64,000 bases of DNA, from assembly GCA_965240325.2 (NCBI GenBank), contig OZ251227.1, positions 2,418,001-2,482,000 of the forward strand, read 5' to 3'. The notes beneath the pieces were generated by a model. That model saw only the letters and a program-made list of their open reading frames with translations. It was not told the DNA's origin and made no database searches. Below, one piece after another: positions 10,187 through 22,576 of the stretch; position 1 is the stretch's first letter, and each line of letters starts with the position of its first letter. The position numbers were made by a program, and so were the translations under genes. Origin of the DNA: Rebecca billardiae RCC1528. Lineage: Eukaryota > Protista > Haptophyta.

Positions 10187-13100
10187 TCATCCGCTGAAGA
10201 CGCGCACGACGCGATCGATCGGCGAGCGGCAGAACGGACAGCACCGGGTGCTCGCCACGGGCTGCGAGCACACCGCCTCGGCGCAGGCCATGCACATCAC
10301 CGCATGGTTACAGGGCATCACAAGGGCGCTCTTCTCCGCCTGCATGCACACGATGCACAGCCGTGCCTCGCGCTCCTCCTGCATCTGGGCGGCAATCCGC
10401 CGCGCCTCGTCCAGCAGCCGCTGCGCTTGTGCGCGGTCGTCAGCTGCCTCGCCCGCGCGTGTGGTGGCCAGCTCGTCCTCGAGCAGCTGCAAGCGGTGGT
10501 CTATCGCTGGGTGCACGGCCGGCTGCGTCTCTCCCAGCCGTGCAGCGCTCGAGACACCGTGCGCCGGCGGAGGCGGCGGCGGCGGCCGTCCGCCGCCGGC
10601 GGCAGCAGCTCCCTGCGGCGCCCCGCCGGCGCGAGCGCCAAGTGTGGCGCCGCACGAGGGCAGCTGCGCCGGCACTGGCGGTCGGTGCGCAGCGCTCGCC
10701 GCGGCCACGGGGCCCTGCCGCGGCAAGCTCTCCCACGCGGGGTGCGCCCCGCCGTGGGGTAGCGGCGGCTGGGACGGCGGTAGCGTTGCGCTCGCGCTGG
10801 CGGCGGGCTCCTGCGCCGAGAAGCTCGCCCACGCCGGATGCGCATCGTGGGATGGAAGCGGTGGCGGTGGCAGCGGCGGCGGCGGCGGCGGTGGTGCTCC
10901 GGCGGCGGCCGTCGTGGGCTCCTGCTCCCCCACGCTCGCCCACGCAGGCTGCGCGCCGCCACGCGTCGGCGTTGGCGGCGGTTGTCCTGCCCGCGCGTCC
11001 TCCGCGTCCCACACCCGCAGCTGCTCGTCCACGCGCGCCCTGACCTCTGCCTGCCACGTCTGCTGCAGCGCGCGGTCGACCCGACGGCGCGCGCGCTCAA
11101 AAGCGCCCGGGTCACAAGGCTTCGTCACCTCCTGCGGCTCCCTGTGCGCGGCAGACGGGTGCGCGATGAGCACCTTGCGGCAGAGCACGCCGTTCAGCGT
11201 GCGCTCCGCGCCGGGCACGTGCGCGGGGAACGGCTGGATGTGCGCCTTCGCCTCCGCGCGCATCGTCTGCAGCCTCTCGCCGCCCGGCCCGACCAGGCAC
11301 GAAATCGCATGCGCGGGCACCCAGACGCCCATTCGGATGCCGCTGCCGGGGCTGAGCTCGAATGGCTCCGACTTGTACTCCCTGAGCTGGGCGCGTACGA
11401 GCTGCTCCGCCTCGAAGGTGCGCGGGTGGCGGGCGCTGCTGCCCGCCGGGGACGGCGTCGCCGCGCCGCCGCGCCGCGCCGCTGCGGGCTGCGCGGCCGG
11501 CGTGGCCGCAGGCGGCGGCGGCGGCGGCGCGACGGCTCCGGCGGGCGGCACGGCTGACTGGCGCGGCGGCGAGGAGGGCGTGCGCCGCGGAGGCTGCGCG
11601 GCGGCCACACGGGTCGTGTCGGCGGAGAACGGCTGCGCTGGCGGCTGCGCTGGCGGCAGAGCCTCGGCCCAGTTGGCGGCGCGAGCTGGCGGCGGCGGCT
11701 GCACGGCCGCCGCCGCCACGGCCGCGACCTCAGCCTCGGGCCACTGCTTGCCGAGATCGGCCGTGCCATCCGCCCCGCCACTAGCCCTGCCGCCACGCCG
11801 GCCCTCGACGCACACCGCCGCGTGCTGGATCAGCTCCAAGAGCTCGAAGCGGCGGTTACACCCCGGGCAGAACTCGGACTCCGTGTCCTCCGCCGTCATC
11901 GACATGGCTAGGGCGCGCTCGAGGTCGGCCAGGTCGCTCGTGCTCTGCCCAGCCAGCTGATTCCGGCCGTCAAGGCTCGCGCGGCCGCCATCGGCCGCGG
12001 CTGCTGCGGCGCCCGCGCCGGCCGGCGGCACGGGCGACCTTCGCGGGTGCACCGGCTGCTGCTGCTGCTGTGGTGCGGCGGGCTGCCTCGCCGCGCCGCC
12101 CGCTGCCGCCGCCGCGCCGCGCGCCGCGCCACTCGCTGCCGCGCCGCGCTGCGAGCGCTGGGCGGCACCGTCCTGCGCCGCGTGCTGCGGCTTACCGCCA
12201 GCAGCCGTCGTCGCGGCGGCCATGCTGGTGCTCGCGCCTGTGCTGCTGCTGCCGACTACCTCGCGCGGCGCGTCGCTGCGCGCGGTGGCATCGTCGATCA
12301 GCTCGCTCGGGCCAGCCTCAGTGGCCGGTCCATCCCCGCGCGCCTCGGTGGGCGAGGCACGCGCAGTCGCCTCGGGTCGGCTGCGCTGCGCAGGCGGCGC
12401 TCTCGCCGGACCCTTCCGCGATCCACCGCGCCTCGCCGTCTGCGCGGCACCGCGCTCGCCCGTCTTGCCTATCGACTCCGCGAGGCGGAGGCGGTGGGCG
12501 GCCTCCGACTCCATGCGCGCGAGCTCGGCCGCGCGCTCCTCGAGCGCGCCGAGCGCGTGGTGCAGGAAGTAGCCCGCGGCGAACGCGGCCGCGTTCACCA
12601 GCACGCGCAGAGGCCGCATGTGGCGCAGCGCGCACACCGTCTCGGCCATCGCCTCCGCGATGGCCGCGCGCTCGGGCGCGCCCGGCGGCAGCTCGCGCGC
12701 CGGCAGCGCCTCGCCCTCGACGATCTGGTTGGCGAGGACGAGCACGTTGGAGAGGTGCTCGAGCACTTCGACCGCCAGCGCCATGGACTTGGTCGCCTCG
12801 TCGCACGCCTGGGACGAGGGCAGCAGCAGGCGGCTGAAGCGCGTGGCGGCGCCCACGAGATCGTTTAGGCGCTCGCGCGCGCGCGCGGCGTCCGCGTCGG
12901 CGTCTGCGGGCGCGGGCGCGCTCGGCGCGTCCGCCGCGGGCGGAGCGTCGTCGGCGGCGGGCGCGTGCGCGCGCGCCGCGGCGAGCTGCCGCTGCCGCTC
13001 CGGGTGCAGCACGACGTGCAGCGTGCCGTCCGCGCTCAGCTCCATCAGCTCGGCCGCCGCGCCGATCACGGCGAGCTCGTCCGCGAGCGCGCCGCCCGCC

Positions 13101-16100
13101 GAGCGTTCGTCCGGCAGGTCGTACACGCGCTGCAGCTGATGGCACGCGCGCGAGAGGTCGCGCACGAGGGTGCGCGTGTCCAGCGGCTCGGCCATGCCGG
13201 GCGTGTCGGCGAGGAGCACGCGCGCGGCGTTGAGCAGCGCGGGGTACGAGCGCACGGCCTCCTTGTTGTGCTCCTTCACCAGCTTGGGCTGCTTTGACCT
13301 GCTCTCAGACCGCCAGTGCGCCTTGGCGTACTCGGGCAACGCGCCGAGCGAGCTCGAGAGATCGAAGGAGCACATCGCGTCGAGCTCGGACATCGCGTCG
13401 AGCTCGGCGCAGGGCAGCGAGAGCACGGGCGCGACGCGCTCCGCGCGCGCCACGAGCGCGGCGGAGTCGATCTGCGCCAGCCCTCGCTCCATCGCCTCCG
13501 GCCGGAGGGGGCTCGCGCTCTGCGCGGCGCGGCAGCAGCGCGGCAGCAGCGCGGCAGCAGCGCGGCAGCAGCGCGGCAGCAGCGCGGGCGGCGGATGAGC
13601 GCGCGCTGCGCGAGGGCGGCACGCACGCGCGGGATCGCACGCGCGTGCGCACCAGGGTGTGCGCGAGGCCGATGAAGTCCGGCATCTCGAGCGTCTTCGC
13701 CAGCGCGTGCAGGGCGCCGCTCGGCTCGGCCAGCTCGGCCAGCAGCTTGGGCGCGGGGCTGGGCCCCTTGGCAAGCGCGACGCCGTACAGAGCGAACGTG
13801 CCGATCCTCCACTCGCGCTCGGGCTCGTCGGCCGTGGGCATGGCGCATCCGGCGCGGATGCTCGAGGAGAGCACCCGCTCCGCGCGCGCGGTGTCGAGTT
13901 CGGCCGCCGCCTTGGGCGCGCCGAGGGCGTCCGCCTCGGCCTCGGCGGGCGCCCCTGCCGGCGCCGCGCCCGCGCGCGCGCACAGCAGCACGTTGCGCAG
14001 CAGCCCGGACTCGAGCCAATAGAGGGAGGGCTCGGGCGTGGGCTCGAGTTTGATGTGCGCTTGCTTCGCGTACCTCGCGCTGTAGTACAGCAGCTCGGCC
14101 GCCCAGCCGTGCTGTTCGCGCAGCAGCTCCTTCGCGAACTCCTTCACGTGGGCCCGAGACTGGGTCTTGCCGGAGGGCGAGTAGGCGGCGCGCTCCTGCA
14201 GCGTCTCGAGCGGCAGCGGCTGCCAGCGGTGCATGCGGAGCACGCTCTCGCGGATGTGCCGCGTGGCTGCCGTGATCCCGCCCGCGCGGTGCAGCTCGAG
14301 CCTCGCGCCGAGCGAGTTGCCGCGCGCGTTGCCGCACTCGATGGTCTCGATCCTGCCCACACACAGCAGCAGCTGCCCGACCGCGTCCACGACCGGGCCC
14401 AGCTCCGCGCGCTCGCCCAGCACCGGCTTGGGCAGGGCGAGCAGCGCGGTCGCGATGGTCTCGTTCGACACGGAGACGCGCAGGATCGGCCCGTCGCCCA
14501 GCTCCCAGCGCACGATCGCCGCCGCGGCGAGGCACACCGCCCGCAGCTCGCACTCCAACGGTCCGGCCAAGGTGACGACGATCCGCGCGGCCGGGCACGT
14601 CTTGAGCCAGTACTTGAGCACCTCCAGGAGGGGGTCGGGGAAGAGGTCGTACGCGAAGACGTAGTACTCCGCGGCGACGTGCGCCTCGGCCGGCTGGAGC
14701 ACGAGTAGCGCCGCCCGCAGCGCGCTGAACAGCTCCTCCGGCTCGTCCTCGAACGCCGCCTCGAGCAGCCTCGAGAGCAGCCGCGGGTCGGCGAGCAGCC
14801 GACTCATCAGCGCGAGCACCGCCGGCACGATCAAGCGCATGCGCTCGAGCTGCTCGCGCGGCATCGACTCGACGCCGCGCCAGAGCCTGTGGAGCACGCC
14901 GGAGGACTCGGCGCGCGGCCCTTTGGCGAACTCGCGCGAGGCCTTGACCAGCGCGAGCGAGGCTGGCTCGTCGCGCCGCAAGCTCAGCTCGACACAGGCG
15001 TTGATGATGCCCTGCACCATGCCCCTATCAGTGCTGCGAATCTGCAGAGAGTGCCCGCCCGGCAGCCGCGCGAGCAGGCCCGCCTCGTACCAGAGGGCCA
15101 CGTACTCCGCGCCGATCATGCCCGTGTCGGTATCCTCGACGTCGGACCTGCCCCACTTCGACTCGTAGGTGGCACAGATCACGCGCGCGCACCACCTGCG
15201 GAAGTAGCGCATGCACGCGCCGCCGCCGCCACCGTCGCCGCCGGCCGCGCTCGACACCACCTCGTCGTCGCTGTCGGAGGAGTCGGCGCCCGGAACGGCT
15301 GCCCCGGGCGGCGGCGCGCGCTCGAGCCTCTCCGCCTCCTGCTCGCCGATCGCGATCAGCGGCTCGATCAGCCCGAGGCGCTCGAGGTTGACGAGGAGTT
15401 CGGTCTGGTACTCGCCTATGAGCTTAATCAGCGCAACCGCCCGCCTGCCGGGGATTTCCCGCCAAGTCCCCGCGCTGCCCGCGTCGTCCGAGGCGGGCGC
15501 GCGCGCAGAAGCGCTTGAGGACGACGCGCACGCGCCTTGCGCGCCGCCAGCGCCGCCGCCGCCCTCGTCCAGCTCAGCCTCGCCGTCGCCCGCGAGCGCC
15601 GCGCGGATGTCGGCCAGCGGCGCGCACGAGCGCTCGTCCTCGCGCGCGCGCTCGTCGTCCGCGCCCTCGTCCCGGCTGAGCTTGGCGAGCAGGTGGGCGA
15701 GGAACTTCATCAGCCGGTCCTCGCTCAGCCGATCCTCGCTCTTCGCCTCGGCAACCATGCGGCGCACGCCCGCGCGGAACGCGCGCCGCTGCTCGGGGTT
15801 GTCCGCCATCGTGTGCAGCGCCCTACGCACGCACAGCGTCGCCATCCGGCCGGTCGGCGGGAAGGCGCGCGTCAGCACGGTGTGCATCGAGAAGATGGCG
15901 GCGAGGAGGTCCTCGAGCTGCGACGAGTCGAGCGGCGCGCCCGCGAGGCCGGCGTGGTGGGCGCGCAGCAGCGCCTCGAGCACCTTGTGCCGCACCAGCT
16001 GCTTGCCGACCGCCAGCGCGCCGTCGGCCGAGGACGTCGACGGCATGTCGAACAGCGGCGGCACGGCCTCGGTCACGATCTTGAACGCGAGCATCGACTC

Positions 16101-18598
16101 CTTGCCGCCGCGCGCGCGCGCGAGCGTGAAGGTGAGCGCCGCGGGCAGCGCGCGCACGAACGCGAGCGTCGCCTTGTCCGACTTCTGCTTGAGCGCGCCG
16201 CACTCGATCAAGAAGAACTGCGCCTTGAGGTGGGTCGGGTGCCACAGCACGCGCTTCCACGCCGCCTCGAGGAACTCGAAGAGCGCCTCAGCGCCGCCGT
16301 CGTCCTGCAGCGCGGCCGCCGGCCAGCAGCCCGCGATGGCGGTGACCTGGAAGACAGCGGGCGCGAGCGGCTGGCGCCGCTCGTCGTCGTCCTCGGCCGG
16401 CAGGACCAGCTCGGGCATCAGCTCGCCCCACCACGGCGGGTTTCTCTCCGAGTCCGAGCCGACCATCATCTGCACCTGCATCAAGGTCTCGTGCGCGACC
16501 GCCGCGACTAACAGCTCGCGCTCGCCGCCGCTCGCCTTGATCGCCACGGCCTGCGCGATGCTCTCGCGCAGATGCGTGTACACGAGCGACCGCAAGGTCG
16601 CCGCCTGCATCGCGTCCCTCAGCGCCGAGCTCACGAGGTGCACCACCGGCGCGAGCGGGACCACGTTGGACGCGACACCGTCGTTCAGCTGGCGGCGGCA
16701 CCAGAGGGGGAGCAGCCGCCTGAGCACCTTGTTCGCCTCGACCGCGCACTGCCCGCCGAGCAGCCCGCTGTACAGCGCGTGCGAGCAGCCGAGCAGCGTC
16801 GAGAGGTAGGCGCGCGGCAGGTCGTCGGGGTCGGCGCGCTCTCCGCGAGACTCCTGCGCGCGCACCTCGTCCACCTGCGGCTTCAGCTCTGCGAGGAATG
16901 CGTCGTGCGCCTTGAGCACCTCGGGGGCGATCTGCTTGAGCGTGCGGCCCTTGGACGCGTCGGCGCCCTTCGCCTTGGCGGCAGCGGTCGGCTCGAGCGC
17001 GTCGCGGAGCTCGCGCGCCAGGCGGTAGCACTTGAGCTCCGCAACGGTCGCGCCCGCCGCCTCGAGCACCGCGACCACGTCGTCCATTAGCTCCCGCGCG
17101 GTCGTGTAGAGCTGCTCCAGCTCGGGCGCGCGCACTGCGCCGCGCTGCACACCCCTATGGCTGCTGAGCACGGTGGTGTCGAAGATGAGGACCGTGTAGC
17201 CGAAGAGCACGCGCGCCACGCTCGCCACCGCGCCCTTGTCCATGGGCAGCAGCACCGCGCACAGCTGCGCGCCCTCGCGCAGCTCGGCGGCCAGGGCGAA
17301 ACGCTCCTGCTCACCGTCGCCCCGCGGCTTCTGTGCGTCGAGGAGCGCGTCGCTGATGCGCTTGAGCCGGTTCCGGACGAGGGCGCCCGTGTCGAGCGTC
17401 GCGATCCGTCCGCCCCACATGTGGCGCACGTTCTGGGGCACCTTGTGCGTGTTGCCCATCGTCGTCAGGAGGAGCACCGCCACCTGCTCGGCGAGCGTGA
17501 AGCCGTACACGCCCCTCTTGCCGAACTCAAGGCCAAAGTTATCCGCGCTCGACTTCATCTTGCGCTGGGCCGTGGGCGCGAGGGAGCTGGTCGCTTTCGC
17601 CTGCTTCTCCTCCTCGGTGCGCCTGCTCACGGCCTGGTCGTCCGCGTCCTGCGCGATCTTCTCGCACAGATCCTTCACGGCCTCGCCGAGGCTGCCCAGC
17701 CCATCGAGCACGCCCTCGCTCGGGCGGCGCGTGAGCGCGTTCAGCGCAAACGGCGACTTCTCGGCCGGCGACTTCTCGACGGCGTGCGCCAGCGCCTTGA
17801 GGAACATGATGGTCGACTCGTCATCCATGCTCTGCGCGCGCGGCCAGCGACGCCCGACGGTGCGCGCAGCAGGGCACGCACGGTACGCGAGCCAGCGTGA
17901 GCGCGGGCTGGCGAGCGCGCCAGAGTGCGCAGGCCGCGCGCGCTCGCGCCACTCACGTTTGCGCCAAAGATCAGCGCTGCGCGCGCGTGCGTGAGCAGCC
18001 GAGAGAGGGAGACGCGGCCGTGTGCGCACCGTGCACGCGCGGCAGAGGCGGCGTCAGGCGCTCCGGGTCGCGAGCGGCGCGGGTGGGCGGTTGCGCGCGA
18101 GTGCGCGCGCGGCCTGCGACCTCTGGCCGCATGGCGCAACGCCGCGCGCAGCGCGCGACGCACCCGCGCGCGCGAAGAGCAGTGCGTAGCCGAGCAAGTC
18201 GGCCGATCCGTTGTGCTTCTCGATCAGGTTCTGCGACACATTGAGCAGATTCTGCGCGTCGTGACAGTGCGGTGCGCGGTGCGCGGTGTGCGCGCGGTCC
18301 GCGCATGCACAGCCACGCGAGAGCGTCCGCGTCAGCGCTTCGCGCTGCAGGTGGCTCGCTCGGGTGCATGCGCGCGGTGGCATGATCGCATCGGCCGCGC
18401 GGCATCACGCACTTGCGTCCACGCCATCGTCCCCTTGTCCAGCTTCGCCTTGTTGCACTCCTCGGCGATGTCGTGCGGCAGGGCGACATCGCACGGCGTC
18501 GGCGCCTTTGGCCAGGCGTTGGCCACGGCCTTGGCCGAGACGCACGAGTCAGAAGCCGAGGCGTCAGCCCCGCTGCTATCCGCCTTCTTCGGCCCCAT
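10187..18598 (-). CDS. ~2601-aa putative RNA-binding E3 ubiquitin ligase (helical N-terminus, UIM, UBZ-like zinc finger, KH, C-terminal RING). Exons: 18598-18413, 18251-18164, 17976-17957, 17831-13653, 13519-10187
   Basis: All four predicted GT-AG introns keep the frame (phases 0,1,0,0). Motifs: ADLERALAMSM (UIM), CPGC...HAAVC (UBZ-like), VPAHAISCLVGPGGERLQTM (KH GxxG loop), CIVC...PCNHAVMCMAC...CPFCR (C3HC4 RING). Confidence 0.8.
13529..13583. repeat. Intronic 11-bp tandem repeat (GCGGCAGCAGC) x5
   Basis: Read directly; lies inside predicted intron 13520-13652. Confidence 0.9.
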
Positions 18599-19695
18599 CA
18601 ACCCGCACGCGTCACGAGCGCCTGTCCGGGTCGCAGCGGCGGGTCGCAGCGTGCGCGCTGCGCGCCTGCCGCCTCGCTCGCCGCTCGCAAGCGCCAAGCA
18701 GCGCTCCTGGCGCTCCACCCGTCGGAGTGGAAGGAGTAAAGGAGTTGCGCGGGAAAATCCGCGCGCGGACGACCAAGCATTTTATTCGACGATCGTGCGC
18801 GATGGTGGAGAGCTTGGCAAGGTAGCCCTGACCAACTCTAGCCATGCCGGTCAGCACTTCAGATCGCGTGTCGCACGCGCGCGCGCAGGTTGCAGGTGAA
18901 ACACGAGGCGCACAACCGAGTGACTACCTCTGTGATCACAATCCTCTCTGGATCCCAGGGCATCTCGCGCATCGTCAAACTGAAACACAAGTTTACCAAC
19001 TACCAAGTCGCTTGGCAATGGCGTCTCGCTCGGCAGCGGCGCTGGCGGCCAGGCGGCGGTGAGACAGACGAGCTACGAGTGCACGCAGCAGGCATGCGCC
19101 TGTGCGACCCGCTCAAGCTCATTGACCGCGCGCTTGTTGACCGTCGCCTGGACGTACGCCGGCTGCAGTCTGCGGTCACGACACGAGCGCGAGTCGGAGT
19201 TGGTCTCCGGCTCCTGACTACAGTTTACTATGATTTAACGTGCACACTTGGTTAAGGCGTGATTAACGCCATCCAACACTGCACAACGACACCGCCACAA
19301 AACAGACCGGCGCAGGCAGGTGAGTGGCGCGTTGCCGCACCTCATGACTCATCGAGGCGGCCATTGCAGCAAGCGGCCGCCCCGCGCTCGGAGGCACGCG
19401 CTCGAGAGCGCGCTCTGACACCACACGGGGAGGGTGCTGCACCTGGATGTTGTATCCCAGCCACCTCGAGAGTGCAGCCACGCCAAACACCTGCCTGCGC
19501 TGTGAGCGACGCCGCGTCGACTGATCGAGCCCCAGCCGAAGGGAAGAACTGGAAGATGAAGGGTGGGCAGGTCCACATGCCCGGCGTAAACTGCGCGCAC
19601 AGTACATGCGAATTTGACTCGGAATTTCGTGCGCACTACGACCTCCCCTCCGGAAATCGCATGGTGGTCGTGAGCACTCTCGCGCCTGGCGCCGA

Positions 19696-21759
19696 ATGGG
19701 GGCCACGGCGGAGAGGGCGATAGGGGCGCTGTACCTCGTCGCGAGCCTGACCACGTCGCCGAAGGGGATTCGGTCGATCGGACCGACGCTCCAATCGCTC
19801 AGCGCGTCGCAGCAGCAGCGCCCGTTCGACGAGGTCATCCTCAACCTGCCGACTCGTGAGGAGCCGCGCGGCACGTTCAAGGTGCCGCCGTCGGTCGCGC
19901 GCGTGGCGACGGTGAACTATGTGGACGACGACTGGGGGCCGGCGACGAAGCTCGTGCCCACCGTGCGCTACCTGCTCCGCTCGCGGCTCCCTGCGATCGC
20001 CGCCACGCTCGGGCTGCCGCTCGGGCCGGGCAGTGCTGCCGATGCCGTCATGTCGCGCACGCACATCGTGCTTGTCGACGATGATGTGGTGTACCCGAGG
20101 GGCATGGCGCTCTCGCTGGGCGGGACGGCGAGCCCACGGACGTCCGAGGCGGCCTCCGGCTTCGTCCTCGTGCCGCGCACGCTCAAGAAGCCGCGCGGCT
20201 TCGAGCTGCAGTCCGGCCCGCACGGCGCGCCGCTGGACGTGGCCGAGGCGCACGCCGGCTGGCGCGTGCCGCTCGGCGCGTTCGATGCGGATGTGGAGCG
20301 CTTCGAGGGGCGGGCGCGCGAGCTGCTGAGCGATGCCGATGCGCGCGCATCCGACGACCTCGTCCTCTCCGCGTACCTCGCCGAGCGCGGCATCCCGCTC
20401 ACGCTTCATCAGACAGCAGAGCACAGCGCCGCGCTGCTGGGTGCTCCGAGGCCGCTCGGGGGGCGAGAGGACAGGCTGCGCCGCGCAAACAGCAGCAGCC
20501 CGGAGCGCTGGGCGCGGTACTGGCGGCTGATCGATTCGGGCCGATGCCCCGCGCTGCGCGTGCCCGAGCGCTGGGACGTGCTCTGCCCCGCGCAGCTCCA
20601 GCCGCTCCCCGCGCCCGCGTGCCGCAACCTGAGCGGCACGGCTGAGTACCACCTGCTGGGCGAGCGGCACAGCGGGACCAACGCGCTCGCCTCGCTGATC
20701 ACGCGCAACTTCGGCGCGACGAGCCCGTCGTTCAGGGAGACGTTCAAGCACATGTGGACGACGGACGCGCCCGCAGACCTCGCGGACATGTCCGCGCGGC
20801 TGGGCAGGCTCCACGCCGACGGTCTGCCCGTCGTGCTGATCGTGCGCGAGCCGCTGCAGTGGCTGCTGGCGATGCAGGTCACTCCGCACCACACGCCGTG
20901 GATGCGCTTCCTGCCCATGTCCAAGTTCGTCGGCGCGGAGTGGCTCTCGTGGAAGGTGGACGCGGCGCACGCGCGCTGCGTGCGGCTCGGGCTGATCGGG
21001 CCGAACGGCACCGCCGCCGACAAGATCAGCCAGCTCTGGACAAGCCAGCAGCGGCGGTGCGCGGTGCACGCGTTCAACTCGATCCTCGCGCTGCGCAGCG
21101 CCAAGCTCAAGCTGATGCGGGACGCATTCGAGCTGCGCCCCGCGGACGAGGCGACGCGGCGCGAGCAGCTCGTGCACACGGTGAGCAGGCGCGGCATACC
21201 GGGCAGCGGCCCCGTCCTCGTGCTGCGGTACGAGGACTTCACGCTGCGCGCGCAGCGGATGCCGTGCGTGCTCGCGCGCCACCTGCGCGTGTGCGCACTC
21301 CGCGCACACGCGCTCTTCCCGACGACGACGACGATCCCAGGCGGGGCGAACGCCGAGGGGTTCGTCCAGGTGGCGCACGGGCGCGGGCGGCTGCACGACG
21401 TGTCGGGCGACGTGTGCGGCCACGCCGCGCGCATCGCGCCCGCCGCGCTCGAGCACATCCTGGACAATCTCGATTGGAATCTCGAGGGCCTGTTCGGGTA
21501 CGGGCCGGCGCGGCTGTACCGCGCGTGCGCCCGGCCCAAGGGCGAGCTGCCGATCGAGTTGCCGGTTTTGCCGGGGCCGTTCGGCGCGCTGCTTGGGCGC
21601 GTGACGCAGAAGGGCACGGGCGCGGCGGCGGGCACGCTCGACGGCGATGCCGCCGCCGCCGTCTCGAGCCTCGCGGCAATGCTGCGCCGAACGGCCATGC
21701 CCAAGGGCAAGGCGAAGATGCGAGCACGGAACGACTGGCTCTCCGACTGGCCGCGATGA
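19696..21759 (+). CDS. Glycosyltransferase (GT-A-like) fused to a sulfotransferase-like domain; true 5' end uncertain
   Basis: N-terminal half: VASLTTSP, VILNLP, DDWGPATKL, IVLVDDDVVYP, DDLVLS. C-terminal half: LLGERHSGTN (PSB-loop-like), VLIVREPLQWL, LRYEDF. Confidence 0.7.
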   Translation: MGATAERAIGALYLVASLTTSPKGIRSIGPTLQSLSASQQQRPFDEVILNLPTREEPRGTFKVPPSVARVATVNYVDDDWGPATKLVPTVRYLLRSRLPAIAATLGLPLGPGSAADAVMSRTHIVLVDDDVVYPRGMALSLGGTASPRTSEAASGFVLVPRTLKKPRGFELQSGPHGAPLDVAEAHAGWRVPLGAFDADVERFEGRARELLSDADARASDDLVLSAYLAERGIPLTLHQTAEHSAALLGAPRPLGGREDRLRRANSSSPERWARYWRLIDSGRCPALRVPERWDVLCPAQLQPLPAPACRNLSGTAEYHLLGERHSGTNALASLITRNFGATSPSFRETFKHMWTTDAPADLADMSARLGRLHADGLPVVLIVREPLQWLLAMQVTPHHTPWMRFLPMSKFVGAEWLSWKVDAAHARCVRLGLIGPNGTAADKISQLWTSQQRRCAVHAFNSILALRSAKLKLMRDAFELRPADEATRREQLVHTVSRRGIPGSGPVLVLRYEDFTLRAQRMPCVLARHLRVCALRAHALFPTTTTIPGGANAEGFVQVAHGRGRLHDVSGDVCGHAARIAPAALEHILDNLDWNLEGLFGYGPARLYRACARPKGELPIELPVLPGPFGALLGRVTQKGTGAAAGTLDGDAAAAVSSLAAMLRRTAMPKGKAKMRARNDWLSDWPR

Positions 21760-22576
21760 CGGATGCGACATGGCTGATGATGACGAGATTGACAGTCTCG
21801 ATGACTGACCTCGGCCGTGTTGTACAACGAGCGCGGGCGCGGCAAGGCGAGGCGTGCAGGGGCGTTCGGTGCTCTGGGCGCATCGACGGCGCGCGTCCGA
21901 GGAGAAGGCCCGCGCCCACTGGCGGGCGGCGCCCACCGCCCAGCGCCCACGCGGAATTCGTCGACTCAACTCTCAAGGCCGCTCATCGACACAGCAGAAA
22001 ATGTGACGAAATACCCCTAGATACCAGGTGCATCTAATATCCCGTAACGGTCGAGCACCCCTCGCTTGCGCTAGGCCTAGGAGCGACCCGCCGGCCGTTA
22101 CAAGGCCATGAGAAGGCGGTGCCTAGATAGTAGATACCCAATTGTTGTTCTATAACCGTTCGGTTATGGTTGTATAACCGCTCGGTTATGCGGGTATAAC
22201 TCACCGGTAGCCCTCATGAGGGCGGGCTGGCAGCCCGGGTCCGGCTGCCCGAAGGTTTTCCGGTCGTCAAGCCGAGCCAGGCCCGGACAGGGGGTGGGCG
22301 CGGATCCGCGCAGTAGCTTGGCAAGCGATGCGCCTCTCTGCGCGCGCTCGCTGGCTGCATCCGCGGCTCGGCGGCCGGCGTGGCTGCTGGGTCACCGCGG
22401 CGCTGGTGGCTGCCCCTCCTCTGGGAGTTGTTTCTTCCAGGTGCGTGTGCGTCGGCGGTAGGCCGCCCTCAGCCCTCGCTCTCTCCACTCGTGCACCTGC
22501 CCTGCTTGCTGCCAACGCGCGATCGGGCTGTCTGTCGCTTCTGCTCGCTGCGAGGGCACCTCGGACCCCTCCGGGT

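Noticed and set aside
10002-11960. 652-aa plus-strand ORF, and similar antisense ORFs (19636-21969, 34636-36579, 39250-41538, 47252-50125, 60586-62535)
   Set aside because: Antisense or shadow frames of real genes, expected at this GC content.
18332-18718. Separate small gene upstream of the RING protein
   Set aside because: It splices in frame into the large gene as exon 1.
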